Of a stretch of 46,540 bases of DNA, positions 1-14,110 are shown piece after piece. Source of the DNA: Catajapyx aquilonaris (taxonomy: Eukaryota); NCBI GenBank assembly GCA_000934665.2, contig KZ538810.1:1-46540 (forward strand). Reading direction: 5' to 3'. Position numbers and translations under genes: made by a program. Numbering within the stretch: the first letter of the stretch is position 1; each line of letters opens with the position of its first letter. The notes beneath the pieces were generated by a model. The model saw nothing but the letters and a program-made list of their open reading frames with translations. It did no database searches and was not told where the DNA came from.

Positions 1-1887
1 ATTCTGTCGTCCAGTAAATTCGCAATTTGCTCCAAGGTCGCCATATTCACAACGAAGAAAATGGGTCCGTTCTTGCACCGCAAGATAAAAAAAAAAAGAG
101 AGGAATCCTCGCAGCGCCCGAGTAGACCGGCACAGAAAAAAGAGAGGTGTTGCTTGCTTGAGCTCTGAAGTGTGTGTGTGTGCTTAATTTCTAGTTCAAT
201 GTCACAAAAACTCATTCGCCTTTGAAAATGTTGTTCATATTTAGTACTACCAATAAATATATTATCATAATCTGTCTTGGACCAGCAGAAGAAGTGAGTT
301 AATAGGGGGCTTTGATACCGCACAATTGAAATCGTACGTCTTAACTGTCTCGAATATGTGTACAATAGACCTACTTGTATATTGAAACATCTATATTATT
401 AATACCCGACTGTCGTGGAAACTCCTCCCGCACCGTACATGTACGGCCTACAGTGTTGGGAGTGGTCTCAATATTTAGCCCGCGTTTTCAGTCTATATTT
501 GCAAACCATTTTTGTTTTTTGGAAAAAGTGCTGAGGGACTTTGTCAAATGCAAAATACCCCCAAAAACCTTAAAAAAAGCCGGCTCCACGGAATTCCCAT
601 TTTCGCGCTCGGCGCTCAGGACGCCACCTCCTGGCTGGTGGCGACTCGCTTACTTCGGCACTTTACCCCTTTGTCGTCGGATGTCGCTCCCCTCCCTCCC
701 GCTCTCTGCTGCATTGACCACACTAACCACTTTTACTTTTGCTAAATTTTGGCAACTGGACCCTAGTAAGATGGTCAATATTGTCCCCTCACTTTACACG
801 GCGGTTGAGCTATATTCTTCGTTTGACCATTTAATTATTTTGCCATCGCGTCGTATACAGTATAAGTAGACTATTGCTTTCAAAAGATCTAATGTAGAAA
901 AAGAGCTATATATTAGATGGGGTGAGTAATTACAATAATTTAGTAAAAATGGCCCACTTATAGGCTGGATAGAAATCTAGCCAGTGTTTATGAATATCAT
1001 GTAGATGTTGGTCAATCGAGATGACTATGGAGAAAGTGGATATCCTCCGAATTTGGGCCTAGGTTAACCCCTGGCACTTCTGTATCTATTGTATGTTGTT
1101 TGAGGTCTGCCATAAAAACATTGAATAAGATAGGAGAAAGAGCATCATACTATATTGATAATAAAATATGTTGTTATCCAACCTTTTCAATTGCCTGATT
1201 TTGTATAGTGTGCCATACCAGACCATCAAATTGTTGCGCGTATTCTAGACTGCCATAGTTGCTAATATTGTATGTGTACGACTCGTATGATCTTCTCGCA
1301 AAAAGTGAAGAAGCATATAGTGCAAACTCCTGTATGACAGAGTAGACACCCCACCAAACTTATAACAGATTGTAAAATGATGAGTACCAACACTTATATG
1401 GACTAGGGTTGGGGTGTTCTCGTGTTTAGACTCTATACCGATCATGATTGTAAATACTCTATATAGTTGTCCGTGAAATGGCCATTGGTCTAGTGCTCTA
1501 GTCTGTGCAGTACGAATTGAAAACAGCCGACTGAGCATTAGGTTCTAGGTGAGTGATCGCGTGCTTACGGGCGGCCATCTTCTTTGCTGGCCACGCGACT
1601 ATTCCCGCCAATGGAAACATAGTTCTTTTTATCTTACTGGGGGTGATCGGACAACACATGGCTCACTGCAGCAGGTCATTACTGCACTCACTCGCCCGAA
1701 ACAGGCCGACAGGTTCTTGATAAGCAGCGGACGATAACAGTGGGACAAAAACATTTTTTGCTCTTGTTGTTGTGTGTGAATTTTATTTCATCCAGTGGAA
1801 GAACTTTGTCATATGTTACATCCCGGAAGGAAGGGATGTTTTTCGGCATCCAGTTGTGCGCTGAAAGCGAAAGGTTTTTTAAACTGC

Positions 1888-1959
<72 letters not shown>
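1888..1959. repeat. (TAA)24 microsatellite
   Basis: Perfect TAA run; it produces the poly-Ile ORF at 1740..1985. Confidence 0.95.
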
Positions 1960-3141
1960 GCCTTACTCTTTCGCCCCCATTTTAAAACCTAGCAATTGAA
2001 TAGTTCCCAACTTCCCGCAGTTAGTGAAACATTAGGGAAAAAGTTAGGGAAAAAGAAGGTATATGGGGGTGTCATTGTACAATGTAATATCCATAGAATG
2101 TATAAACCGTGTATAAATAAGTAGATGATGTGAAATTTGGCATGATATGGTATGTGTGTGGAAATTGCACCCTTATAATTATAAATATATGAAATGGGCC
2201 CTCTATAACATTTTTCCTGGCACCTATAACTTAGTCCTACCAGAAAATTAACAGTGCATCGGAATTTGGGTATACTGACGTCACAATGGCAACAGCTACA
2301 TTCAAACATAAGCCATATTTGTTGCTGTGACACAAAGCTAATTAATTGCAAAGAGTGCACTTATCATAAGGATAAGGAGAGTTAAGAAATCAAAAGTCTT
2401 GAGTATTGCTTGACTGACACAAGTAACACAAAGCCACAAAGGGAAGAACTACAAAGGGTGAGGGAGGTGGAAGCATAGGAAGAGATGGAAATGGATGCGA
2501 GAAGGGACCGTGTCACTGGTGTCACATTGGACGAGGACCAAAGACATCAGGACTTGTGCAAGGTTAGGAGAAAGGGAATCCCAGAAAGGACGGGTGAATA
2601 ATGAGGGATATTAGCATCCTTTGTACACCAACTGGGACTTGGGAAATGTTTATGGTGGGACAGGATGTTCGTATAAAGGACCAGTTTGCTGAGGGACAGT
2701 AAAGTGATTTAAGGATTAGGGCAATTATTGGGAGAAACATTATTGTAAAAGTGGAGGAATCATGAGGTAGGAACGGCTGGGCCGTTATTTGTATTGCAAA
2801 CAATGAATTACATCCGTTAAACCTGACAAGTGAGATTCATTACACTGTACATATATTTGACCTGCATGGTGCAACCGGGAGCGGCCCTTACAGTGTTAGA
2901 AATAAATATCCAACATCCGAGTAGTAAATAATGTGTAATATTGCATTTTATTCTAACAAAATCAATCGTGACATTTTGATGTAACAACTTGACTCTTTGA
3001 TATAGGATTATAGGGTGTTTCACTATGTAGTCTCCCCAAAGAACCAACTATAATATTTTTTCTTCGCATCACTCTGCCTAGAACTATGACGTTTGCTTTA
3101 ACTTACAACTTATCGTAGTTTATGGAAACGTACAGTACTAC

Positions 3142-3735
3142 TGTCACAATATGATGTGCCCAGGAGGAGGCCATTGCAGTTATTCGGCGGTGTCTAGCCG
3201 AACGTCAAGAGCTGTACTCTTGGAGATCAACCGGACTGAGGAGGGAGTGCAAACGGTTCGACGGGATAGTCAACGCTGTCGTTGCCAGGAAGAAGGAGGG
3301 CGTGGGTCATACGAAGTTTGTGGCTACCCTGTATTGTGTCTGCCGTTGGTGGAAGAGGACTCGCTGACGAGTGAGGCCCGTTCAACGGTGGAGTCATCCG
3401 ACGTGTCCGGAACGACTGATGGAGAGGCAGCATCGGACAGTTACGTCATCTGTTACGAGGGCTGGCGATAAGAAGCTGTGCAGGTGTGCGCGCCTGTGCT
3501 GAAGGTACTGTACGTGAACTGATAAGATGTGAAGAAGACACGTGTTCGTTTATGTGGGATTTAATGTACTTTGATATTGGGCGAGGAAAAATGTACATTA
3601 CGATCAATACACTGAAGAGGTTGAACAAGATGAACTTAAAATATTGCTTCCGCTGCATTAATCTCTTAACCTCGCTGTACTTTCCTAAACCTGAGAAAGT
3701 CCTTGACCTATCATAATTCACGCCATCCTGTGACA
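3142..3735 (+). mobile_element. Probable solo LTR (~594 bp)
   Basis: Begins TGTCACA and ends TGTGACA (TG..CA with a 7-bp terminal inverted repeat). Composition differs from the flanks. The 5-bp flanks ACTAC/AGCAC match only 3/5 and there is no internal coding region. Confidence 0.45.
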
Positions 3736-4103
3736 AGCACCATTCACAATAAATGCTGGACTTGTTCTCCCCCGACATCCAGACAATCGAACGTGAGGCT
3801 CCATAATTAGATGGTGTTATGCAATAATTGGTCAATCCACAAAAATGTCAAAATTGAGTGAAGCCCAGGATAGTACTTCATTCAGTTAAAACCACGGTGG
3901 CGAAATCTGCATACTTCTGCCACAAATGACCGAAAAGAACACTGAATTAATTTTATACAGGTATGACCTTCAAAGTCCTTTTCCCAAAACTGTTCTCATG
4001 TGGGTTGACTCATTATTACATAACACCGTCCAATGATAACATTATCGACGTCCTCCGCAGCATATCCTCATCCAGAGTCCGAATTGATGTAGTAAGTTAC
4101 TAA

Positions 4104-4282
4104 CAATTTTGGAGAGACAGGGGAGGGGTTGAGTGAAAAAAGAATTATGTAAAGGTAAATGTAAATGTAAAAATGTAAATGTAAATGTAAATGTAAATAT
4201 GTGAAGGAGGAGGAGGGTCGGCCAAGCGGGTTGTGCTGCAGGCCGACAAAGTCTAAATAAAGCAAAAAACAAACAAACAACA
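4104..4282 (+). mobile_element. 3'-end fragment of the LINE family at 26075..28974
   Basis: Matches 28807..28977: end of the ORF, (TGTAAA)n-like UTR, stem-loop GTCGGCC...GGCCGAC, AATAAA and (CAAA)n tail. Confidence 0.9.
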
Positions 4283-5671
4283 TATCTGATCAAATCGCTG
4301 CTCACATGTAAACGCGGCTTTAAGCATACCAAAGTTTTTTTGCAATCAGGGGTATTGACGTCACAGTTACAACAATGACTTTCAACAAAATCAGCTGGGG
4401 GAAGCACTGTAGACCAATATGTATATAGGGTGACTCAGTACCTACACAGCCAAGTTTTACTGAAATAAGTTTATCTGTGGAGGGTGTGAATATACAGTAG
4501 AATATATAATATGGTATAAGTAGCGAATATATTTATGATATTATTATTTGGCTCTCAACTGCGAAGGAACCGCCTGGAAAAAAGGAAACCAAATTTGGTA
4601 GCCTCACCCTTCATACAAAATAATGTGATCCAAAGTGCAACCCTGTTCCCAAAGCTGTAGGCCGAGATGCTCTTCCCGCAAGATACCCTCGAGAGTCGAG
4701 ACAAAGCCTCAGATTAACCAACTCAATATTGTGACCTTTCACCGCTCACACCGTCGGAAAATTGTGCTGGACATGTAACTTCTGTTTCTGGCCAGAGCTG
4801 CCAACGTCGACCCCGAGTTTCCACCATCCTCAGAGGTCATGATTGTGATCTGGGTCACTTTTCGTCACTGACGATGGGCTGATCAAGTTAATTTTTTCTA
4901 GGATATTTCAGGGTACTCCTAAGGACCTAAGGTTATCTCCTATCAGAAATATCAAGCCATCCTCTACCCCACAACCCCTTGACGGGAGTCAATACCATGG
5001 GCACGACCCCATCACTTTACGAAACTCTTCACTCAAATCGTGTCAAAAATGGCAAGATTTTTCTCAATACGACGATTACGCACGGCGACGGCCTGCTCCA
5101 CTATAGTAAAAAAAACACCTAGGCCTACGTATTATCTCAAAAATATGTTTGTTGCGTCAGGTCTGCAATGTTGCACATGTTGTTTTGCATTCTATGTGAA
5201 ATCTCATGAGACAAGAGTAATACACACGTTTTCGTTTGCGCTTGGCGTTGTTATCATAATGATAATATGATTGCTATGGCATGGCCGGCATCATGGAGGA
5301 TTGCACAAGGCATGCAGCACTAAGAGGAAGCGCAGGAAGGTAGGTTCTCATTGACACGGAGGCCAGGTGCACTTGTGACATGCTCTCATGCTCAGCCTAC
5401 TGTAGCTTCTGAACATGAAAAGGCAGTACTTTATGGTGGGAATGAACACAGTTCCTTCAGTGAAACGGTGCCATTCCTCACTCTTTTAATGTTCCATATG
5501 ACCATACTGCCTGCAGACCATAGTGATTTTTCTGATGATTTTGATAAGCATGCCCCAAAATGCACAAAATCTCAAAAAAACACTCATTTACGCTTGCATG
5601 CAAAGAGATTCCTCTTGAGGCATGAAAGTGTGTTAGACCTCATTTTTAACAATAACATTGCAATTTGTGTT

Positions 5672-6288
5672 TTTGTTTGTTTTGTTTTTTGCTCTATTTA
5701 GACTTTGTCGGCCTGCAGCACATGTCGCTTGGCCGACCCTCCTCCTCCTTCACATGTTTACATTTACATTTACATTTACCTTTACATAATTCCTTTTTCA
5801 CTCAACCCCTCCCCCTGTCTCTCCAAAATTGTATCCCTTCTCTTTTTCACCATCCCGTACAGATACCTACACAGAGCACCCCTTTTTTTACATTCTTTAC
5901 AAAGCTATACACCTCTTCATCCTCCATCTCCTTCACCGCCGGTATCCATTTCCTCCTCTCCTCCCTCATTACCCTGCAGTCCCTCACAATGTGCCCCATA
6001 TTCTCCTCCCCCTCCCCACACAATAAACAGTTCCTCTCCGTTTCTGACAGCCACGACCAGCTAGCCCTGCAGTGTCCCACATCTGAGTTTAGCCAACACC
6101 TTCAAAAATGTTATATTTCTTCTGTCCAGATATTGGTCTTCTCTCTCTATCTTTACAAATCTGTAGTCGGGCCAGTTGTCAATAATTCTCTCCTCCCTCT
6201 CTTTCTTTCCCTCCTCTCCCTCTCCCTCTCTCCTCTCCCTCAGTTCCTTCCCCCATGAGTCCCATCGTTCTTCCCAGGTTTGCCAAGT
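5672..6288 (-). mobile_element. 5'-truncated LINE copy with 14-bp TSD
   Basis: Encodes the same C-terminal peptide as the long copy (QTWEERWDSWGKELRER, CLLCGEGEENMGHIVRDC), with frameshifts. Exact TSD TTGCAATTTGTGTT at 5658..5671 and 6289..6302. Confidence 0.92.
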
Positions 6289-6452
6289 TTGCAATTTGTG
6301 TTCTCACACAAAATGGCTAAAGACGGCTCCATGTGAATGTGCCACAATTCAGTGAGGTATACTCCAACCAAACACTCTCTTGGTTACAGTCATATTCCCC
6401 CCCCCCCCCCCCTTTTTTTTTTTTTTTTTGGGACTCCCCCCCCCCCCCCCCC

Positions 6453-6626
6453 NNNNNNNNNNNNNNNNNNNNNNNNNNNNNNNNNNNNNNNNNNNNNNNN
6501 NNNNNNNNNNNNNNNNNNNNNNNNNNNNNNNNNNNNNNNNNNNNNNNNNNNNNNNNNNNNNNNNNNNNNNNNNNNNNNNNNNNNNNNNNNNNNNNNNNNN
6601 NNNNNNNNNNNNNNNNNNNNNNNNNN
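6453..6626. other. Assembly gap (174 N) flanked by poly-C/poly-G
   Basis: Run of n characters. Confidence 1.
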
Positions 6627-7099
6627 GGGGGTTGATCACCCCGATCACCCCCCCCCCCCCCTAGATCCGCCACTGGTTGACAGCCTGCCTGGACCATTAT
6701 ATTCATCCCTTTCAATCCCGACTATTTGTAATTTTGAAAAATAGAGCGTGTGTAGTTGTAAAAATTAAATGTTGAGAAAATAATGCCTATTATTTTCATG
6801 TTTAATAAAGCGACTTCACATAATGCGCTGATTTATAGGGCCTAAGCACCTAACTATAACCTGATTCCGTCAGACGTATGTGAACATGCCGCCGCGCCGC
6901 TAACTATTTTCGGTAGTGCGCATGCAAATCACAGCATACGGTAGTATTATTGTAGTATTCTTTTTCATGCGCCAATAATATTTTTGTTCTAATTTTCTAT
7001 AGTCAAGATAGGCAAAAAAGATGTTAAGTTATGTCTGGCCATACCAAGCATTATAGTAATTCTCTTGTTCCTCTATAACACCTATATGCAACACGATAT

Positions 7100-8286
7100 T
7101 TGTCCATGGAAATTTATTGCAATGTCCATGGTCGTAACTCATAATGGGCATTCATTTTGTCTTTGAATTGTTTTTTTTACCTCGGGGCAATCAAAAAACC
7201 AAAAGCCGCAAAATGTAGCATAGCAGTTTTTCCCAATCAAGTGGGCCTAAATGTTGCAAGACCATCTCGGATTTTCCTGAAAATGATCACAGCTGTAGAC
7301 ATCTATTCCGTAACACTGCATATCAAGTTTCAGACAAATTTCGAAATACAGTGGGGAGGGGAAAATCGCGACAATTTGAAAATTTGGCCTTTTTTGGATA
7401 ATTTTTTACAGTTATTGGAAGTGGTCAAAACCCAATCAACATATAGGCCTACGTCAAATGAAAGAGGAACGCGAGTAGAATGCGCCTATGGAAATTATTT
7501 TTCTGTAAAATGCACTCGGAAAAACGTGTGGCATTTCATCAGTCACATGTCCAAGAATTTGGCTCCATTAAAATTAATGGTAATTCGGCAAACATATCTA
7601 CGCGTATTATTTTCTCCCGAGCTCCCCCAGAGGGGCCAATATGGCCCAGAACGGGGTAAGATTTAAAAAAATAAATGGATAAATAAATAAATTTCTCCCG
7701 AGCCATGCATGACCCAGGATTGAAACTGAACATATTGAATCTTCTAAGAGTCACAACTCCTGTTACCAAATATGGCGGCTCTTACTAAAATACATCACTA
7801 ATAATTGTTGTGGTCTAAACACTTGGACATGTTACTGAGCATGTGAGTGATGGAATGCCATACATGTTTTTCTGAGTGCATTTTCGAGGAAATCAAATTC
7901 CATAGGCGCATTCTCCTCGTGCTTATCTTTAATTTAATATATGTTGATTGAGTTTTGACCACTTCCAATAACCGAAAAAAGTATCCAAAAAAGGCCCCAT
8001 TTTCAAAATGTCGCGATTGTTTCCCCACGGTATTTCGCAAATTGGCTAAAACTGGACAATATGCAGTGTTACGGCATAGATGTGTGCAGCTGTGATTATT
8101 TTCAGAAAAATCCGAGATAGTCTAGCAACATTTAGGCCCACTTGATTGGGAAAAACGGCTATATTTTTAGGACTTTGGTTTTTTGACTGCCCCGAGGTCA
8201 AAAACAAATCGAAGACAAAATGAATGCCCATTATGAGTTACTTGTGACCTAAGGAACACAAATATGACGATGAATTTCCGTGGACA
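7100..8286. mobile_element. Foldback-type element or inverted pair of repeat copies (~450-bp diverged arms)
   Basis: ~7100..7555 is the imperfect reverse complement of ~7820..8286, e.g. GTAACTCATAATGGGCATTCATTTTGTC at 7134 versus its complement ending at 8241. The peptide IAVFPNQVGLNVAR appears on both strands of the ORF track. Confidence 0.8.
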
Positions 8287-9959
8287 GAAAAAAAAGTCAA
8301 ATTTTGTTGCACAGTGTAATTCTATATGATCATAATGCATGCTTATCAATGCTAACTGCAGCACAAGTTGTTGATCCATGTTACTCATAATTATAATAAA
8401 TTTATATGCATAATCACTCATTTAGAATTTTCTATCAATCGTGGAACAGGCTCTAAGAAATTCTTCTATGTAATCCTGGATTCAGTTGGAGCAGAGCGTC
8501 CACTAACCATCTAGTGAATGTTTCTGTGCCACATGATATTAGCCATTAACATATTTATGAACTTAAGCACATATCAAATTACTCCCTTTCAAATTGTAAC
8601 TTATAAACGCGTAATGCCATAAAGATGCACACTTCATGGAAAATGGTACATCAACTGTCATTCACTACTGAAAGGCATAATATGATATGGAATACTCCTA
8701 CATGGCACGTTTTTTTTCTCGGGATAATAATAAGTTTTTCTGTACTCACATATCCCTATGTCCTGATTATTTCTGATAGGTGCGTGCAAAGAAGCAGCCG
8801 TTGTGTGAGGTGGCCTGTTTGCGACTAGTTTAACACCTGACCTTCGCCAACGTTATAACCGTTGAGCGTGAATTCGGTCGAGATGAGTCAGTCTTACCAT
8901 TGATCTTGGGTCTCTAACCAATAATACAGAATATATAGGTTATATAAATTAATGTAAAATATTGTCAAAACTTACTAGTAGGCCTATAACCAGATCCTGT
9001 TTACTTACGTTTTAATATTAACCAAAATATGGGGGTTCCATATGAACAAAGACTTTTTCTATTCATTTATACTGTATCTGGGACCGTATTAGCCATAAAG
9101 CTGTAATGCAGTCATGGCCATGGACTAGACACTAGAGCGTCAAATTTTGAGGAGAGCAAGATAATTCTGCGTGTTTGATATCCTTTTCCCACCTTTTCCT
9201 TCCCCTGGGTGCCTCTTCTCAAACTGTCACACTCCCTCAAGCCATTCTATAATATACTGTATCGCATTTTCTTCTTGCTTTAGTCTTCTCGGATCTACGA
9301 AAAATAGCGTTTTTAATAGTTGAGTTTGTTTTGCTCCCTTCGCTCGCGTAATTTATTTTAATTAGCACAGTGCAATAAAATAATATTCCCAAGAAAGAAC
9401 ATGGAGAATAAGGTGGGAACTTGTGCAGGAAACCTACTTTGCTCAATACTTTATACACAGCAGTGTGCACAAACCGTAAGTATTCTTTCAAATGAGACAT
9501 GAGGTGGGACATCTCGTCAATTTTATAGCATGATAAGTTTTTAAAAACAAGATCCAAACTCATTTAGCTTTGCTGTAAAATATGATCTCTCCCCTTCTGA
9601 AATCCCTTCCTGCAGTCATTTATCGTTCTAAAAACTACGAATGCTATACATTGACCCCTGATCTCAATGATTGATTGTCAATCCTTTGCAATTATGCATT
9701 TAACTTAATTATTTATACTATACAGATAGACCCCGTTTTACGACAAGGTTAGGTTCCATCATCGCATCGTGGTGAAAAGACAGGAAGTAGTAGATAAGAA
9801 GTTATAGCGTACTACAATATGAATCACCAACCACTGCAGCTTGTTTGGAATTTGAGTTCAGTAGGACAATTATGTTGATTTCAATGCCTTGTATGCTTGC
9901 TCTTCTGCAGGGAGGTCACAAATCTCTCTTCCCACCTTCCGTGTATGCTAACGGGTATA

Positions 9960-10367
9960 GGGTAAACTGCTTATAGTGATGGCCAGTTTAGTGTATTGAT
10001 CAAAGTTAATACATGAATGCCGTCACAATTTCTTTCTGCATAAATTTTCTAAAATGTTTATCTAATAACAGAGGATTTGCTAGTTCACATTCCATCAAAT
10101 TCATTTACATCTGTCAGCATGTGTGCGTATATTTATGCACAAAATATACTGCCTAAAAGACAGTAATGGCCACCCCTACAAATGATAATGGCCAGCTAGG
10201 TGCCAAGATAGTAATGGTCATTTCAGCAAAACAATAGGATATCTACAGTAGGAACCTAAGGACAGTAGGGACCATTGGTATTAGGACCGTAGGCGTAACT
10301 GACGCGAGATAAATCCACACAAAAGCATGAAGGTTGTAGAAACTGGCCGTCACTGTATGGTTTACCC
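9960..10367. mobile_element. MITE with ~30-bp TIRs and TA TSD (Tc1/mariner/pogo-type)
   Basis: TA|GGGTAAACTGCTTATAGTGATGGCCAGTTT ... AAACTGGCCGTCACTGTATGGTTTACCC|TA. A second orphan right end lies at ~10537..10567. Confidence 0.75.
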
Positions 10368-10565
10368 TACATGAGCAGCAGGTCTGTTTGTGAGGTACGA
10401 TTATTGCTCTTGCAATGACCTCAGTGGACTCATTTTCGACCTAGTTCAAGCCAAGGGTTCCAGGTGTCACAACATGGTCACTTTTTCATGGTATGGCATT
10501 TACACGGCTTATTTCTTAAATAACCAAGACGCAGTGGGCCATCACTGTACGTGTACGGTTTACCC

Positions 10566-10767
10566 TACATTTTAAATAGAAAAACGTTAAAAGAGCATCA
10601 CTGGTGAGTCTCCCATGGAACATCAATTTTTAATGCTCTTCTAATGCTCTTGTATTGCTTTTTAGCAACAAAAATGCATCACAAGAGCATTAGAAGAGCA
10701 TTAAAATTGATTTTCCATGGGTGACTCACCAGTAATGCTCTTTTAATATTTTGTGGTTTACAGTGTA
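10566..10767. mobile_element. Palindromic MITE (~200 bp)
   Basis: Arm TTAAAAGAGCATCACTGGTGAGTCTCCCATGGAA..TAATGCTCTTCTAATGCTCTTGT pairs with ACAAGAGCATTAGAAGAGCATTA..TTCCATGGGTGACTCACCAGTAATGCTCTTTTAA; right end TTTACAGTG|TA. Confidence 0.75.
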
Positions 10768-13745
10768 GGTAGAGGGTATGATCAGGAAACGAGCTTCATT
10801 TTTTTTAGAGTTTTCCCATTGTATAGTTCTGTGGTGAACTTACAAGGGAAGAGACTGGGAAATTTGTTACGTGTAAGAGCAATATTATTCACCAACCAAC
10901 CATATGCGATCCAATTATATTATTGATAATTTGGACTCGAGTGGTTTAGCATCTGTCGATGGGATATTATGCCTACCTTTTGTCTCGGAATTAAGCTTAC
11001 ATTCGTGTCGATGGAACTGTCGAAGACTCTTCTGCATCAAGTTGGTACTCTTGTTTCCATCAATTAGTCGGCGTAATAAGAGCCCAATGGAAAACCTTTA
11101 CTGGTGTGCAACTCTCTTGTTTCGGGGCCAACTTTAATAATGAACGATTACACCTAAGTGTGAAACACACACTTGGAGTACAGAACAATGATTTAGGATA
11201 ACACTCTTAAGCAGGTGAACGAGTGGAAGTCAAAGTTTATACAGACCGTTCAGTAAACACTGACAGGAGTGACAGAAAGTAAGGATTGTACTCTGTAGGA
11301 CTCCTATTTGGCTAAAAGTTTTGGTGTACAAGGTGCATAAAACTGTGAATGAAAAAAATGAAAGATATACCGTAATTGCAAAAAAATGACAAACATAGGA
11401 GATATGATGGTCGAAATATTGTGAATTTTCTTTTTTTCGAACTTCCTATGGCCCCAGGAAGCCACAGGAAGATCCACCACTGACAAAAAGTGGACTAAAA
11501 TTTCCGCATGTTCCAGTGACTTCACTTGGCCTTCTAGAGTTTGAAAAAATTGCAAATCAACAATATTTTCGACCACTATATTTTCTACGCACAGTTACCA
11601 TAGGTTTTTTAAAAATGATGTCATTCCCTTTTTTCATTCACCAAAAATCTTAGTACAAAATTGTTTTTGACATACAGTATAAGGTATAGAAATGGATTAA
11701 ACATAATTTAACTTTTTCAGTAGGCTACCTATGTTGCATTGTTTTAGAACAAAAATTACATTAGCGGCGAACAGTCAATGTAGTGATCAACCATAGACAA
11801 AATAATAATAATAAAAACCGTTGGCCTCCCCAAGCCAAAATAACGGCTAACGCTTAGAATATTGATCAGAAATATTAGTACAGGTGAAATTACTGCCCTC
11901 ACGAAACCTATGTCAAAAATTAAAGGTCTAGGGCGTATCGAGGGGGCGCATCCAGTGTGGCCAGATGCATGGGGTGCTCGTCCAGCCTTTGTCTGCGGTA
12001 AATGACGGCGCGCAAGCTGCCATCTCCCCTCCATTCAGCCACCCACACCACCTACCCAGCTACCCTCATAGCAGATGAGACCCAGCCTGACGTCCATTAT
12101 AAAGTGCGGTGGGTTGAAGGGCGGCAGGTGCCGATAGATAATCAAGTGTAACCCCATCCAGAGCAGCTGTCGGAGGAACGACCGATAAAATCGGGTGTCT
12201 GGACTCAGAGCCTTTGCTATGGACAGCTGTTCATGTCCCTGCTGCCTTGGCCTATCCCAAAACAATAACAGCCAGGTGGACATTCATGGTGGTAATCTTA
12301 TTCTTTTTAAAAAACCAGGTCAAGACGTACTTCCCTGCTTATACGTAGTACATACCACATTGTTCGTTCACCTTTTTGTCACGGAATGTTTCACTTGCGA
12401 TTTTAAGGGAAAGAGGGGTTGGGTAGGCTACTATAACAAGAACAATGTCTGTAAAGGTGTAGCCGGAGCAATAATTTATTTTAAGCGCAAACTGTCGACT
12501 TACAGTAGGCTATAATTATGTAGTACATCTTGCTTGACTTATTATTACAATAAATGCAGCTGGTATAATTTCGCTGCATTACATGGTCCCTTCAAATTAT
12601 TTAACTTACACCATAAAATTGCTAACTCTTCGGACATATCAGTTGCAATAACACACTCTATGCATGAAAAAAGACAGTCGGAGGAGGGAAGTGATTTTGT
12701 ATCATCGATGAATCCCTCCCGGATGTATAACTATATTTTACATAAGTGGATAATCTTAATTAGGTCACTAGTGTGACCGCAGGACTAACCTGCGGCACAG
12801 GAAAGGGCAAACCACATATAAGGAGAAAAATGGTTTTATTCAGATATTTAAATGTGCACATCTGTCTCGCGTGCATTTTTTTGGTAGCATATGAGTAGTG
12901 CAACCAAGGGATGGCCGGCCAGTTGGTCGATGGGGAGCAGCAGATGGTAATCCCAATTTCGTGACCACCGCTGCCTGGTGAATGAAAAATAGAGACCTGA
13001 CCAAGAGACATGCGCCTGGCAGATGACTTTTCAAAAAATGCGGCATTGATGGCCTTGTTTCAGAGGAATGTTTTATATCAGAAATGCACTGTCATAAAGA
13101 ATGGCGCTGAAAAAGGAGAAAAAACTACCACAATGTTCAAAAACTATCTGCACGAATAATTATTATGAAAGCCAGGAACGTAATGAATCCTGGCACTCTG
13201 CAACTCATAGTCAGTTTGAACATACGTACCATAATCCTATTCTGAGCATATAAAAGTATACTTGATCAAGAGCTCTTGACTTTATGTGATAGACTCACCG
13301 CCCACGTGCTTCCACCTGTGCACCAAGTCCAACACCATGCCCCGAGGGAATAAGAGGAATTTTGGGGGAGGAACTATTCTGTATTAATGTTGCCCCCCCC
13401 CCCCAAAAAAAAAGCCCGCTCGTTTTCAAAACTTAACAAAAATGCCGAAATGCGAATTTCGTGCTGGGATTGGTTTAGAAAATGCCCATAAGACGTTGTG
13501 GCCGCTTCTGGTTTTCCACTCCGCAATGTATAGCTACATGCTAGTAATAAATAACCTTAGTACTGTTGTTTGGCAAATTGTTGAAAGGAAGGGCAGAAAT
13601 GGGTTTTTACTCGCTCCTGGATGGCCCCTGTGCGGAGAGATATGATGGTTATGGGGTGATAGATGGAGACCTTTGAGTTGGTGTTTCTGTGGGGCTTTTG
13701 GATGACCGCACCAGTACTGTGGTGCCACAGTACTTTGTTCTGGCC

Positions 13746-14069
13746 CTGCCAGGCACGGTCCGTCACAATTTCTGATGATTTTAGTCAGTTTCGAGGGTAG
13801 CAAGCTGAGCGCTAATTGTGAGTTGTTATCCGACAAACAATGCTGCCCGCCTTGTGCAGGTCAACAAAGTTATTGTGGCTTTGCCACGTACCAATCGCAG
13901 GTTCCTGATTAATATATTGGCAAAGTCACATTACGTTTGTTGGCCTGCAGCGGCACAAGACGGACAGCATTATTGATCGGATAACAATCCACAGTATTAG
14001 GCCCTTATCCCGCTCAGCTCGCAACTATAACTTATATCACCAGGCAATACGTCGTACCGTGCCTGACAG
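13746..14069. mobile_element. Diverged palindromic MITE
   Basis: CTGCCAGGCACGGT..TTGTTATCCGA..AATGCTG..TGTGGCTTTGCCA pairs with TGGCAAAGTCACA..CAGCATT..TCGGATAACAA..ACCGTGCCTGACAG. Confidence 0.7.
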
Positions 14070-14110
14070 ATATGTCACAAAGACGTAGTCTACAGTATCA
14101 GGGCAGTCAC

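Noticed and set aside
1..44. Minus-strand ATG starting MATLEQIANLLDDR, running off the window edge
   Set aside because: Could be the start of a LINE ORF1 or a gene, but 14 codons are too few to call.
375..869. 164-aa ORF
   Set aside because: Non-ATG start, no recognisable motif, and no splice context.
1740..1985. Poly-Ile, poly-Asn and poly-Leu ORFs (also at 15410, 42275-42695 and 44463)
   Set aside because: Translations of (TAA)n microsatellites.
2270..4390. Short similarity between ~2270..2310 and ~4350..4390 (TGACGTCACA..CAACA..TTCAA)
   Set aside because: About 40 bp and weak; it contains a CRE-like TGACGTCA but there is no gene context.
6627..6675. GATCCGCCACTG end typical of hAT-type MITEs
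   Set aside because: The other end is not visible, possibly lost in the N-gap.
11300..11660. Patchy inverted similarity (TGAATGAAAAAA / TTTTTTCATTCA; GGTCGAAATATTG / CAATATTTTCGACC)
   Set aside because: Probably an old DNA-element fragment, but too degenerate to delimit.
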